Source: Bdellovibrionales bacterium (GTDB lineage: Bacteria; Bdellovibrionota; Bdellovibrionia; Bdellovibrionales; UBA1609). Taken from it: a stretch of 32,000 nucleotides of DNA. This document shows positions 7,299-16,944 of the stretch, in pieces (position 1 is the first letter of the stretch; each line of letters starts with the position of its first letter). Position numbers and translations under genes: made by a program. The DNA lies in contig OZ252021.1 in assembly GCA_965247685.1 (NCBI GenBank), forward strand, positions 720,001 through 752,000, in the 5' to 3' direction. The notes beneath the pieces are model-generated. The model searched no databases. It worked only from the letters and a program-made list of their open reading frames with translations, and was not told the origin of the DNA.

Positions 7299-8867
7299 GT
7301 GGAGTTATTTCAATCTCAAATTCAAGTACAATCTTCAGTTTTTAAGCAAAGATATGATAAAATGAAGACCCAAGTCGGCTTACTCCAGTCTCGCTTGGAT
7401 GAAGTTCGTCAATGGGGCTTAGAGTCGTCCCATCCTCATCTGCAGAAAAATAACAAAAAATCAGTTCGATGGAGAATTCAAAGGTTGATTGATCCGTCTT
7501 CTCATTTTTTAGAATTCTCTGCTTTGGCAGGTTTTAAGATGTATGATTTTAACTCTCCTGCGGGGGGAGTTGTCACAGGGATAGGGCAGGTATCGGGGCG
7601 AGAGAGTGTGATTGTGGCCAATGACCCTACTGTCAAAGGAGGGGCTTATTTACCCATCACTGTCAAAAAACATCTGAGAGCTCAAGAAGTGGCTTTACAA
7701 AATCATCTTCCCTGCTTCTACTTAGTGGATAGTGGAGGGGCCTATTTACCTTTGCAATCTGAGATTTTTCCTGACAAGGATCATTTTGGGGCTTTTTTTT
7801 ACAATCAATCTCAGATGCAAGCATTAGGTTTAGATCAAATATCTATTGTATTTGGTCAATGTACTGCAGGAGGAGCTTATATTCCGGCATTATCAGATGA
7901 AACTATTATGGTTAAAGGGCAGAGTGCTATCTTCTTAGGCGGTCCACCTTTGGTATTTTCTGTCACGGGTGAAAAAGTTTCTGCTGAAGAACTTGGAGGT
8001 GCTGAACTTCACTGCAAGCAGTCTGGAGTGTCTGATCATTGTGCTGATACGGAAGAAGAAGCTATTGAAAAAGCCAGAGCTCTTCTTACAAGCCCTATTC
8101 ATAAATACAATCTTTCTGTTCACCCCGCAGAAGAACCTTATTATGATTCTAAAGAAATTTATGGAATTGTACCTGAAGATATCCGTGAACCTTATGATGT
8201 CAAAGAGTTGCTGGCTCGTATTGTAGATGGCAGCCGGTGGCAGGAATTTAAGGAGCATTTTGGTACAACAATATTTACAGCTCAATCAAGAATTTGTGGA
8301 TTTCCCGTGGGAATTTTAGCGAGCCAAGGAGTGCTTTTTAGTGATAGTGCTTTGAAAGCCACTCACTTTATTGATCTATGCGATAGAAAAGGCATTCCTT
8401 TGATATTTTTTCAAAATGTTCCAGGTTTTATGGTTGGTCAAAAATATGAAAGTGAAGGAATAGCTAAGCATGGAGCAAAAATGGTTACAGCTGTCAGTTT
8501 ATCTCGAGTTCCACGTTTTACTGTGATGATAGGGGCTTCTTATGGAGCAGGAAACTATGGCATGTGCGGGAGGGCTTATAGACCTCGGCAGCTTTGGACA
8601 TGGCCGTCTGCAAGAATTGGAGTCATGGGGGGAGATGTGGCTCAGGGTGTTTTATCTTCCATCGGAAAAAAGAACTTATCCGAAGAGGTGAAAAAACAAA
8701 TTATAGAAAAGTATCAACAAGAAAGCTCTCCTTATTACTCAACAGCCCACTTATGGGATGACGGCTTGATTGATCCACTGGATACAAGAAAAGTTTTAGC
8801 TATGGGAATTAGTGCGTCTTTAAATGCTCCTCTTTCAGAGAGGAAAAAAGGTATTTATAGAATGTAG
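7299..8867 (+). CDS. liuB: methylcrotonyl-CoA carboxylase beta subunit (acyl-CoA carboxyltransferase)
   Basis: 522-aa carboxyltransferase with a two-domain crotonase-like layout. Motifs include RLIDPSSHFLEFSALAG, VANDPTVKGGAY, DSGGAYLP, GQCTAGGAY and FQNVPGFMVG. It sits next to a hydratase and a biotin carboxylase, as in liu/MCC clusters. GTG start. Confidence 0.8.
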   Translation: MELFQSQIQVQSSVFKQRYDKMKTQVGLLQSRLDEVRQWGLESSHPHLQKNNKKSVRWRIQRLIDPSSHFLEFSALAGFKMYDFNSPAGGVVTGIGQVSGRESVIVANDPTVKGGAYLPITVKKHLRAQEVALQNHLPCFYLVDSGGAYLPLQSEIFPDKDHFGAFFYNQSQMQALGLDQISIVFGQCTAGGAYIPALSDETIMVKGQSAIFLGGPPLVFSVTGEKVSAEELGGAELHCKQSGVSDHCADTEEEAIEKARALLTSPIHKYNLSVHPAEEPYYDSKEIYGIVPEDIREPYDVKELLARIVDGSRWQEFKEHFGTTIFTAQSRICGFPVGILASQGVLFSDSALKATHFIDLCDRKGIPLIFFQNVPGFMVGQKYESEGIAKHGAKMVTAVSLSRVPRFTVMIGASYGAGNYGMCGRAYRPRQLWTWPSARIGVMGGDVAQGVLSSIGKKNLSEEVKKQIIEKYQQESSPYYSTAHLWDDGLIDPLDTRKVLAMGISASLNAPLSERKKGIYRM

Positions 8868-8879
8868 AACAAGTAGGAT

Positions 8880-9605
8880 ATGATGAGCTATTTAAAATTA
8901 AAAGAAAAGACAGGTTGGCTTCATGTTACTTTGAGCCGCCCTGAAAAGAAAAATGCGTTAAACTTAGAGCTGATTCAAGAGTTGCACAAAGTTTTTAAAC
9001 AGCCGCCTTCTCATTTACATGGAGTAATTCTATTGGGTGAAGGGGATGTTTTTTGTGCGGGAGCAGATCTCAACTGGATTCGTCATGCTCCTCCCCAAGA
9101 ACTCGAAGAGTTATTTTATTTGCTGCATTCAGTTCAAAATTTTCATCTTCCAGTGATAGCTCATGTCCATGGAGCAGCTTATGGAGGGGGAATCGGTTTA
9201 CTCAGTGTGTGTGATTTTGTCTCTGCAGAAAGTTCTTCTCAGTTTTGCTTTAGTGAAGCTAGCTTGGGATTGATGCCAGCGATGATTTCTTTTTTTGTAC
9301 CTCCTGAATTTCGACCTTGGATGCTCAGTGCAATGCCTTTTGGTGTGGATGTGGCTTTCAAATATCAGTTAATACATTATGAGGGTTTTGAAAAAGAGTG
9401 TATGGAGTGGAGGAGAAATTTAATTTTTCACCTCGATCAAATTCCTCCATCTGCTTATAGAGATAATAAGTTTTTTTTACAAAGACTGCCTCAACTTTCT
9501 TTAGATGAAGCACGGAAAGAGGGATTAGTTTCTTTAGAAAAAAGGCAAAAAGATTCCACAACGCAGGAAAAAATAGCTCATTTGTTGGATAAGAAAAACG
9601 GGTAA
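8880..9605 (+). CDS. liuC: enoyl-CoA hydratase/isomerase family protein (likely methylglutaconyl-CoA hydratase)
   Basis: 241 aa with crotonase motifs GEGDVFCAGADLNW and HGAAYGGGIGLLSVCDF. It lies between the MCC beta and biotin carboxylase genes. The specific substrate is inferred from context. Confidence 0.7.
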   Translation: MMSYLKLKEKTGWLHVTLSRPEKKNALNLELIQELHKVFKQPPSHLHGVILLGEGDVFCAGADLNWIRHAPPQELEELFYLLHSVQNFHLPVIAHVHGAAYGGGIGLLSVCDFVSAESSSQFCFSEASLGLMPAMISFFVPPEFRPWMLSAMPFGVDVAFKYQLIHYEGFEKECMEWRRNLIFHLDQIPPSAYRDNKFFLQRLPQLSLDEARKEGLVSLEKRQKDSTTQEKIAHLLDKKNG

Positions 9606-9608
9606 TTC

Positions 9609-11069
9609 ATGACTTCTTTTAAAAAAGTGGCTGTAGCGAATAGAGGAGAAATCGCTGTTCGTATTATTAAAGCTTTAAAGGAAATGAAAATTCCATCTGT
9701 TTTGCTTCATGCTTCAGAAGATCAAGGTTCTCTGGCTTATCGACTTGCGGATGAGACTTTGTGCATAGGCGGTGGAAATGTAAAAGAGAGTTATCTTAAT
9801 ATATCTGCTGTAGTGAATGGAGCTTTAAGCATGGGAGCAGATGCTTTACACCCTGGAGTGGGGTTTTTGTCTGAAAACTATCAACTAGCCCAAGCTTGTA
9901 AAAATCAAAATATTGTTTTTATTGGACCTGCTATTGATCACATTCAGCTATTTGGAAATAAACTCACGGCATTAAAGCATGTGCAGTCACTTAATATTCC
10001 TCTTTTGCCTTCTTATTTTGGTTCTTCTCAAGATAAAGATACTTTCCTCAAAGAAGCGAGTCGTGTGGGATTTCCTCTCCTTATTAAATTAGCTCTTGGA
10101 GGGGGAGGAGTGGGTATTAGAAAAGTAAACAAAAAAGAAGATTTTTTAGAAGTGCTCTATTCTGTTCAAAATTTAGGGAAGTCTGTTTTTAATTCTTCAG
10201 ATGTTTATCTCGAAAAATTTTTAGAAGGTGGGCAACACATTGAAGTGCAAATTTTTGGTGATTCTTCAGGAAAGGTTCGACATTTATTTGGAAGAAATTG
10301 TTCTATTCAAAAAAGAAATCAAAAAGTCATCGAAGAGTCTCTTTTTGGTATACATAAAAATATTGAACAAAGACTGTACCAAATGGCCATTGATATTGGA
10401 AATTCTGTTCAGTACAAAAATGCAGGAACTGTAGAGTTTTTATTGAAAGATGATGAGTTTTATTTCATAGAAATGAATACGCGGCTTCAAGTGGAGCATC
10501 CTGTAACAGAATTATTACTAGGAGTGGATTTAGTAAAAGCTCAAATTTTGGAATCGATGAAGCAAATTCCTTTTGAAAAGGAAACTTTAGTTGCTAGAGG
10601 GCATGTTTTAGAGTGTCGAATTTATTCTCAAGATTTTACAACAGGTTGTCCTGTTTCTGGTGAATTTGGAACTATTCAGTGGATGCAGATCCCTTCTAGC
10701 CGTTTAGATATGGGTTATGAGTCTTATGATAAGCTTTCTTCCTTGTATGACGCTTTGATAGGAAAAATTATTGTTTGGGCTGAGACTAGAAGGCAGTGTA
10801 TTGAAAAGATGAAATGTATTTTAGAAAATAGTATTGTATTTGGGATTCCGACGAATCAAGAGGAGTTATTGAGTGTTCTTAATCATTCAGATTTTTTAGA
10901 AAATAAATTTCATGTGGGTTTTTTAGAGAAAAAAATTAAAACTCATTCCATAGAATTATCAGATGAAGAAGAACAATTAATTCAAAGTCAATGTGCTTTA
11001 TTAGAGTCTTCCTTTAAGCCTCATTCATCTCAGATGTTTAATCCTTGGCTTCATCGGTGGCCAGAGTGA
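9609..11069 (+). CDS. biotin carboxylase (ATP-grasp), corresponding to the N-terminal part of an acyl-CoA carboxylase alpha subunit (MccA/AccC-like)
   Basis: 486 aa with VAVANRGEIAVRIIKA, the glycine-rich LIKLALGGGGVGIRKV, HIEVQIFGD, FIEMNTRLQVEHPVTE and an ATP-grasp layout. It ends at a TGA (11067-11069) without any biotinyl domain. Confidence 0.85.
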   Translation: MTSFKKVAVANRGEIAVRIIKALKEMKIPSVLLHASEDQGSLAYRLADETLCIGGGNVKESYLNISAVVNGALSMGADALHPGVGFLSENYQLAQACKNQNIVFIGPAIDHIQLFGNKLTALKHVQSLNIPLLPSYFGSSQDKDTFLKEASRVGFPLLIKLALGGGGVGIRKVNKKEDFLEVLYSVQNLGKSVFNSSDVYLEKFLEGGQHIEVQIFGDSSGKVRHLFGRNCSIQKRNQKVIEESLFGIHKNIEQRLYQMAIDIGNSVQYKNAGTVEFLLKDDEFYFIEMNTRLQVEHPVTELLLGVDLVKAQILESMKQIPFEKETLVARGHVLECRIYSQDFTTGCPVSGEFGTIQWMQIPSSRLDMGYESYDKLSSLYDALIGKIIVWAETRRQCIEKMKCILENSIVFGIPTNQEELLSVLNHSDFLENKFHVGFLEKKIKTHSIELSDEEEQLIQSQCALLESSFKPHSSQMFNPWLHRWPE

Positions 11070-11434
11070 AAAAATATATAAAACTTTTTAAGGATTCATT
11101 AGAGGTAAAATTTTGGATAGAAAAAGTGGATCAAAAATTTTGGGTGCACTTTAAAGGTCGAAACTTTATCTTTAATCCTCAAAAAAAAAGAGCAAAAAAT
11201 AGTGTGAGGAAGATTTCGACTCAGTCTTATTTATCTGCACCGCTTCCGGGAAGAGTTTTATCTATACAGGTGAAAGAAGGGGATTTGGTGCGAGAAGGTC
11301 AGTTTTTAATTGTTCTAGAGTCTATGAAGATAGAGCATACTTTGACTGCTTTTCAAGATACAAAAATAAAATCTATTCTTGTTCAAAAAGGTCAAACTGT
11401 AGGGATAAATGAAAAACTTATTCTTTTTGAATAA
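11066..11434 (+). CDS. biotin carboxyl carrier (biotinyl/lipoyl-attachment) domain protein, corresponding to the C-terminal part of the carboxylase alpha subunit
   Basis: The biotinyl domain reads APLPGRVLSIQVKEGDLVREGQFLIVLESMKIEHTL, with an (E)SMK(I) biotinylation motif. The likely start is the GTG at 11066, which overlaps the upstream TGA as GTGA. An in-frame TTG at 11045 is the alternative. This frame is closed by a TAA at 11039-11041. Confidence 0.75.
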   Translation: MKKYIKLFKDSLEVKFWIEKVDQKFWVHFKGRNFIFNPQKKRAKNSVRKISTQSYLSAPLPGRVLSIQVKEGDLVREGQFLIVLESMKIEHTLTAFQDTKIKSILVQKGQTVGINEKLILFE

Positions 11435-11446
11435 TTTTTTAAAAAC

Positions 11447-14338
11447 CTATTTTTCGTATTCTTTTATGAAATTTTGAATTTGTTCCAAAAATTCTTGATG
11501 GACGCATTGAATATGACATTTTTGAATCAAAGGCTGAATGATGCACATTTTGATTTCTTTTTCTGGATATTTTTTATTGAGTGCGAAGGCATAAAGCCCT
11601 AATTGATTCCAAAAATGTTTAGAGATTTTTGTTGAAGACTTATAATCTACAATCCATATTGTATTACCGGCTGTTCCCCAAAGATCAATAACTCCTTTAA
11701 TTTGATAATCTTCATCCTCATAAATAAATCCCCACTCTGAAAAACCATTCTTCATAATTTCTTTCATTGGAATTTCTTTAAGGTTCAAAACATAGTTGCA
11801 AATAGGTTCCAAATACTCTCTTTCTGTTTTCGAAAAATTCTTCAATACAATATTTATATCTTTTTGTTGTTGAATTTTGTTCATGACCAAGTGGATTTCA
11901 ATGCCTTTATAAGAGGATTCAATTTTTTGAAATGTAGAAATAGATAAAGGGGTGAGTGTTGAACATTCTATAGATTTTTTGGGAGGTGTTTTTTCGTAAG
12001 AAAAAGGAGAAAGAACCTGATCTTCTTGTTTTTTATGTAGAATGCATGAAGGGTCTGAAGGTAATTCTATATTTTGAATTTCTACGGTGTATTTGCCGAA
12101 CTGTAGATTTTGTTTTTGTTCGGAATTGTATTTTTTGTGAATGAGTTCAAAGTAGGGGAATTTTTTTAACCAGTTGTTGAGAGATTTTCCGTTGTGCCAT
12201 TTCTTCCAATAAGATTTAGAAATCATAAAACTGAGGCTTTTTTTAGCTCGTGTGGCAGCTACATAAAGCAGGCGATCTTGTTCTAAGAGTTCTTCTGCTC
12301 TCTTCTTATCTTTATATTTTTTTTGTAATAGAGGATGAGTATTTCTCCCTTTTTCGTCATAAATAGAAAAACTCCACCGTAAACTTGAAGTATCTATAAT
12401 AAAACGATTTGTGTCAGAGGGAACGAGTTTTTGATCAACTTGTGAAATGATCACGTGATCAAACTCTAAACCTTTAGATTGGTGAATGGTCATCACTTGT
12501 ATAAATTCTAGAGGTTTACAAGAAGTTCCTCCTCCATCTACTTCATAGTCTTGTGCTTGATTCATTTTTTCTTCTATAAATTGTGTTATTCTAAAATTAA
12601 AACCTTCTTCTTTTTTTTGCAGCTCTAATAAAAAATTCCATAGATTTTTTTCTTTCTCTCGAGTTGGATCTTGGATGTAACAAAGGTCAATCATAAAGTG
12701 ATTTTCAAAGGCGTAAGATAAAGTGTGAGAAAAACCTTCTTGCTGAACTTTTTGAAGTAAATTATTTAATGAATGAACAGTTGAATCATTTTTTTTGTTA
12801 TTGACTAAATTTTTCCATAGACATTCATTTTTGACGCTATATTGTGCGATTTGATCATCAGGCATATAGAAGTAAGGAGCTCTGAGGAGTCCGATAAGGT
12901 TTTGATTGTCTAAAGGATTGGATAAAAATCTCAGAAGAAAAAGAGCGTCTAAAATTTCTCTTTTTATAGAATTTTTGGAATGAGATTGAATAGGGAATCC
13001 TAATTGTTTAAGATGGTATCCTATTTGTTGTGCGTCTTGGTTCTTTTTGCAGAGTATACATATATCTTGAGGTTGAGTGCCAAGTTGGAATAATTGATTT
13101 AAGTGCTGAGCTAAAGCTTGAATTTCTGATTGATATATTAAGAAGTAAGCGGATGGAAGGGAAGGGTTTTTAGAAGTTTTCTTAGTTGTCATTGGTTCGA
13201 ATTTATTTTTAAAAAGATCATTAAAAAATGCAAGCAGCTCTGGTGTGGATCTGTAATTAGAGTGGTTCTTTTCTACAGATCCTTTTTTTATTCTCCTTTG
13301 AAAAACTTCAGGATCTGCCTTTCTAAAAAGATAAATGCTTTGCTGAGGATCTCCTACGGCCCAAACTTTTTTTGCTTGTTGAGTCAGATGTTTCAGTATT
13401 AATTCTTGAGAGGGGCTGATATCTTGGTATTCATCAATAAACCATTCTGAGTAATCTTTAGAAAAAGCAGAAAGCTCAGGAGATTTATTTTTAATCATTT
13501 GAAGCACTTCATACTCTAGATCTTCAATCTGAATCCATCCTTTTCTTTTTTTGTACTCGTCCCATTTTTTTTGAAAAATTTCTACACACTTTTGAAATAA
13601 GATATATTGATTCTCCATTTCTCTATAGTACTGAGGATGATGTTCCTCAAAAAAAGAATTAAAATCAGATTCTTTGATTTTTTTTAATTCCACCTGTTCT
13701 TTTAAAAATGTATAAACTTCTTGGGTGTTTTCTGGAGGAATGTCAGAAGGAATGGATATTTTAAGCTCTGAAAGCTCTGCCCACCAATGGTGGAGCATCT
13801 CTTTTTTTGAGAGTGGTTTCAGTGCAGGACAGACATAAATATTATCCATGTGTAAGGTGATAAAAGAGCAAAGTTCATTTAAATTATAATAGCGAATTAA
13901 GGGGAGAAAGGCGGGATCTTCTATAATATCTCTTAAGATAGATCGAACACCTAAGTGAGTTTGTAATGGACTCATAAATAGAACTTGACCAAATTGATGT
14001 GAAAAATACTTTCTTAAAAACGAGTAGAGTATACCATGCAAAGTGGATATAAAAATTTGATTCGATTCGTGTATAGCTTGAACTAAATTCCAATCTTCGT
14101 TTTTTATAGCTTCTGCAATCACTCTTTCTTTAACTTCATGAGTGGCATTTCGGGTAAAAGTAGTTACAATGATATGAGGAAACGTACCATATTTTTTTCG
14201 ATAATGATGAATCGAGTTCATCAACTCTTGAATAAGCTGTGTGGTTTTTCCTGCTCCTGCGCTTGCATGCACAGTGTGGTGTTTTATGAGTTCAGATGAG
14301 GGGCTCGACATAAGTATCTCCATGAACAGTTGTTGCAT
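11447..14338 (-). CDS. addA: AddA-type ATP-dependent helicase/nuclease (UvrD/Rep superfamily 1 helicase with C-terminal PD-(D/E)XK nuclease)
   Basis: 963 aa with the SF1 motifs ASAGAGKTT, FIDEYQD, VGDPQQSIYLFRKAD, NYRSTPELL, MTIHQSKGLEFDHVI and LLYVAATRAKKSL. The C-terminal nuclease motif is GVIDLWG...IVDYKS. The true start may be an internal Met (MEIL or MSSPS), because the longest ORF overlaps addB by 55 nt. Confidence 0.8.
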   Translation of the reverse strand: MQQLFMEILMSSPSSELIKHHTVHASAGAGKTTQLIQELMNSIHHYRKKYGTFPHIIVTTFTRNATHEVKERVIAEAIKNEDWNLVQAIHESNQIFISTLHGILYSFLRKYFSHQFGQVLFMSPLQTHLGVRSILRDIIEDPAFLPLIRYYNLNELCSFITLHMDNIYVCPALKPLSKKEMLHHWWAELSELKISIPSDIPPENTQEVYTFLKEQVELKKIKESDFNSFFEEHHPQYYREMENQYILFQKCVEIFQKKWDEYKKRKGWIQIEDLEYEVLQMIKNKSPELSAFSKDYSEWFIDEYQDISPSQELILKHLTQQAKKVWAVGDPQQSIYLFRKADPEVFQRRIKKGSVEKNHSNYRSTPELLAFFNDLFKNKFEPMTTKKTSKNPSLPSAYFLIYQSEIQALAQHLNQLFQLGTQPQDICILCKKNQDAQQIGYHLKQLGFPIQSHSKNSIKREILDALFLLRFLSNPLDNQNLIGLLRAPYFYMPDDQIAQYSVKNECLWKNLVNNKKNDSTVHSLNNLLQKVQQEGFSHTLSYAFENHFMIDLCYIQDPTREKEKNLWNFLLELQKKEEGFNFRITQFIEEKMNQAQDYEVDGGGTSCKPLEFIQVMTIHQSKGLEFDHVIISQVDQKLVPSDTNRFIIDTSSLRWSFSIYDEKGRNTHPLLQKKYKDKKRAEELLEQDRLLYVAATRAKKSLSFMISKSYWKKWHNGKSLNNWLKKFPYFELIHKKYNSEQKQNLQFGKYTVEIQNIELPSDPSCILHKKQEDQVLSPFSYEKTPPKKSIECSTLTPLSISTFQKIESSYKGIEIHLVMNKIQQQKDINIVLKNFSKTEREYLEPICNYVLNLKEIPMKEIMKNGFSEWGFIYEDEDYQIKGVIDLWGTAGNTIWIVDYKSSTKISKHFWNQLGLYAFALNKKYPEKEIKMCIIQPLIQKCHIQCVHQEFLEQIQNFIKEYEK

Positions 14339-16944
14339 ATCTTTTTATCATGAGGTTGAGGTTGAAATTCATTCTCTTTAATTTTTAAGATATATTGTTG
14401 AATTTTGTTATTGATGGTTTTTAATATTTCTTTTTTTACACTTTCTTCAACAATAGAGCGTGATCTAGATTTGAATACTTTCTTCAATTCGGAATTTTTA
14501 GAAACAAAACCTTTCCATTCAAAGTTTTTTATATGAACATAACTGCTCAATGAGACTGAAGAGTTTGGAGTGTTCTTTTCTTTTAAAAGATTGGATTCTA
14601 CAGCCTGTATATACAAGGGCATTTGAATATCCATTTTATCAATCCAAGATTTAATGATATAGACATTATTGAGTGAAGATTTATAGTCTAAAACTAAATA
14701 TTCATCTTGATAACAGTCCACTCGGTCTATTCTTCCATTTATAAGAATATCACCTTCGGCAGATAATTTTTTATCTTTAAAATTCCAGTATCCTTCAAAT
14801 TCTAATTCTGTTCCTAGGGTTTGGAGTTGAGGTAAAATTTGATTTATTTTTTCTTCATTTTTCATAAATCTGTTTGCGATATGAATAAATTGCTCTTGGT
14901 AAATATTCCATACTGTTTTATCTAAAACAGGATAGTTAGATTTGATATTTTGAAGCCACTGATTAATCTCTTCAGAGTTTTTAAGTAGGCCTCTTTGGAT
15001 TTTAGAAAATAATTCATGAATCAGATGTCCTTTATTGAGGGGGGGAAGGTGGTTGTCTCTGTAAGGGGTATCTTCCAAGTGATAAATATTTTGAGAAAGA
15101 TAAATAAAAGGACAGGAAATGTATTGTTTAATTCTTGAGGCGGAAAGTTTTTTTAATGGGATTTTTTGGCCTTGACTCCATTTAAAGTTTTGATTTAAAG
15201 CGGTACTAAATTTTTGAGGTAAAGGGGAGTATTGGTATTTTTGAATAGAACTCCATACCGTTTCATCTTTAAAAATAGAGGTGTTAGCTTTGTTATTTTG
15301 GTTTTCTAGAAGCCATGCTTTGGAAGGGTGTAAAGGTGCTCCTGAAAAATGAGTTTCACTATAACTCAGGTAGACTTCTCCTTTAAAAAATTTGAGAAAA
15401 TTAATAATTTCATATTCTCTTTGGTTAGGGTTTAAATAGTGGCAATGAAAACCCAAATCGTTCAAAATGGCTTGAACTTCTTTTTCTGTAAATAAAGATA
15501 AAGATGGAGTTAAACAAGACTGATGATCCAACCCTATCATATAAACTTTTTGAGCTGTGATGCTGGTTGTTGCATTAATGCTCATAAATTGAATACCTTT
15601 TGGGGTTTCACTTGGAGTGTGTAAAACATTATTGATGAGTAAATGCTCCAACAACTCTATTCCATCAGAAACAAGAATACTTTTTTGAGAAAAAAGAATT
15701 TTTAACTTATGACCTATATGTTGTATTTTTTGATCCAGTTTTTCATGAAGTGTGTTTTCTGCAATGTGAGACCATAAATTAAATATCCACTTTAAAAACT
15801 GTTGGGTGTCTATAGAGTCAGACTGAGGTTGTTCTTCTATTTTTTCCGATAGGTGGAAATCTTTTTTTCTATCTGAGTAATAATATTGAGATCGAATTCT
15901 AAATGAAGACTCTTGAAATTTGTTCGTCTGAACAGCATATTCAATATTATTATAAGAGATATTTCCTGCATAGAAATGGAGTAAGGAGAGCCATTTTTGG
16001 ACTTGAGGATATGAGAGCAGGGAATACTGATTTCCTTTAGAAATAGGAAGACCTTCTTTGTTTAAGTAGCTTTTTAAGACAGGCCAGTAAGCTTCCATAT
16101 TAGGAGCTAAAACGGTCAGTTGGGAAGGTGAATGTTGTAATAAGTCTTTTCTGAGTTGCTGTGTGATAAACTGAACTTCCTCAAGCATAGATGGAAATTT
16201 TAAAATTGTTTTTTTTGTGATGTGTTGTTTTTTTTGAGGCAAAGGTGTGAATTGATGTTGTTTCTCCTTCAGCAGTTCATATATCTGATGGCTTTTAGGA
16301 TATACATTAGGGTTTAAAGGAGGAGGACATAGAATATACACATCTTGAAGGGTACTGAGTGATGCCAGCAGCTCCACTTCCACGGCATCTATGGAAAAAC
16401 CTAAATCGACATAAAGAGGCTTAGAGAGTTTTTTCAAAGGTTGATCGATAAGTATATATTTAGCAAGGGATTCCTCAATAACTTTTTTTTCATTCAATTG
16501 TTGCCAGAAAGGTTTGATCCATGAGTACCAAAAAAACCATCTTTTTTGATTTGGATTTTTAATCCATTGTTCAAAAGTTTCAGAACCAGAAGGATGAGTC
16601 AAAAAAGGTAGAAAACTTTGAAGGCTGATCAAAATATTGTTGTACAAAGAAGGATTAATGTAGGGAAGATTTTTTTGCTTTCGCATAAAATATTTAAATA
16701 AAAACTGAAGTTCTGGGATAGAAATAAGTTTGTATTCAGGAAGATTGAGTTGTAGGAGTTCAATGTAAAAATCTCTAGCACGAGTAACACTAGATTCTAA
16801 AATAAAACGATTTTTTTTTAAAAGGAATTTTTGAAACTGTAATTTTGATTTCAAATCTGAAACAATATAGAAACCATCTTGATGAGCTTTCCCTAAAAAA
16901 GGGATGCGATCTTCAAAACAGGAAACTTCAATTAAAGAGAGCAA
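14284..16944 (-). CDS. addB: AddB-type helicase-nuclease subunit (inactive helicase-like body, C-terminal PD-(D/E)XK nuclease with Fe-S cysteine cluster)
   Basis: 886 aa. The C-terminus has GRIDRVD...LVLDYKS flanked by Cys residues in ISCPFIY and CNNCSWRYLC (C...C-x2-C-x5-C, the AddB iron-sulfur staple pattern). It lies immediately upstream of addA in the canonical addB-addA order. I see no GxxGK[ST] P-loop. Confidence 0.75.
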   Translation of the reverse strand: MLSLIEVSCFEDRIPFLGKAHQDGFYIVSDLKSKLQFQKFLLKKNRFILESSVTRARDFYIELLQLNLPEYKLISIPELQFLFKYFMRKQKNLPYINPSLYNNILISLQSFLPFLTHPSGSETFEQWIKNPNQKRWFFWYSWIKPFWQQLNEKKVIEESLAKYILIDQPLKKLSKPLYVDLGFSIDAVEVELLASLSTLQDVYILCPPPLNPNVYPKSHQIYELLKEKQHQFTPLPQKKQHITKKTILKFPSMLEEVQFITQQLRKDLLQHSPSQLTVLAPNMEAYWPVLKSYLNKEGLPISKGNQYSLLSYPQVQKWLSLLHFYAGNISYNNIEYAVQTNKFQESSFRIRSQYYYSDRKKDFHLSEKIEEQPQSDSIDTQQFLKWIFNLWSHIAENTLHEKLDQKIQHIGHKLKILFSQKSILVSDGIELLEHLLINNVLHTPSETPKGIQFMSINATTSITAQKVYMIGLDHQSCLTPSLSLFTEKEVQAILNDLGFHCHYLNPNQREYEIINFLKFFKGEVYLSYSETHFSGAPLHPSKAWLLENQNNKANTSIFKDETVWSSIQKYQYSPLPQKFSTALNQNFKWSQGQKIPLKKLSASRIKQYISCPFIYLSQNIYHLEDTPYRDNHLPPLNKGHLIHELFSKIQRGLLKNSEEINQWLQNIKSNYPVLDKTVWNIYQEQFIHIANRFMKNEEKINQILPQLQTLGTELEFEGYWNFKDKKLSAEGDILINGRIDRVDCYQDEYLVLDYKSSLNNVYIIKSWIDKMDIQMPLYIQAVESNLLKEKNTPNSSVSLSSYVHIKNFEWKGFVSKNSELKKVFKSRSRSIVEESVKKEILKTINNKIQQYILKIKENEFQPQPHDKKICNNCSWRYLCRAPHLNS

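Noticed and set aside
11042-11069. The BC/BCCP split as a sequencing frameshift or pseudogene.
   Set aside because: The only window in which a frameshift could fuse the frames is about 25 nt long and has no homopolymer. The junction forms a clean GTGA overlap, and both ORFs are otherwise intact. It cannot be fully excluded without reads or relatives, so the split is reported as a finding rather than called a pseudogene.
11447-16944. The UvrD-like helicase plus PD-(D/E)XK nuclease pair as a phage-defence module (Gabija-like or similar).
   Set aside because: The second protein has the AddB-specific Fe-S cysteine pattern and nuclease motif. The gene order is the canonical addB-addA, and the flanks are core genes (coaE and the liu cluster), with no ATPase, TIR, methylase or other defence partners.
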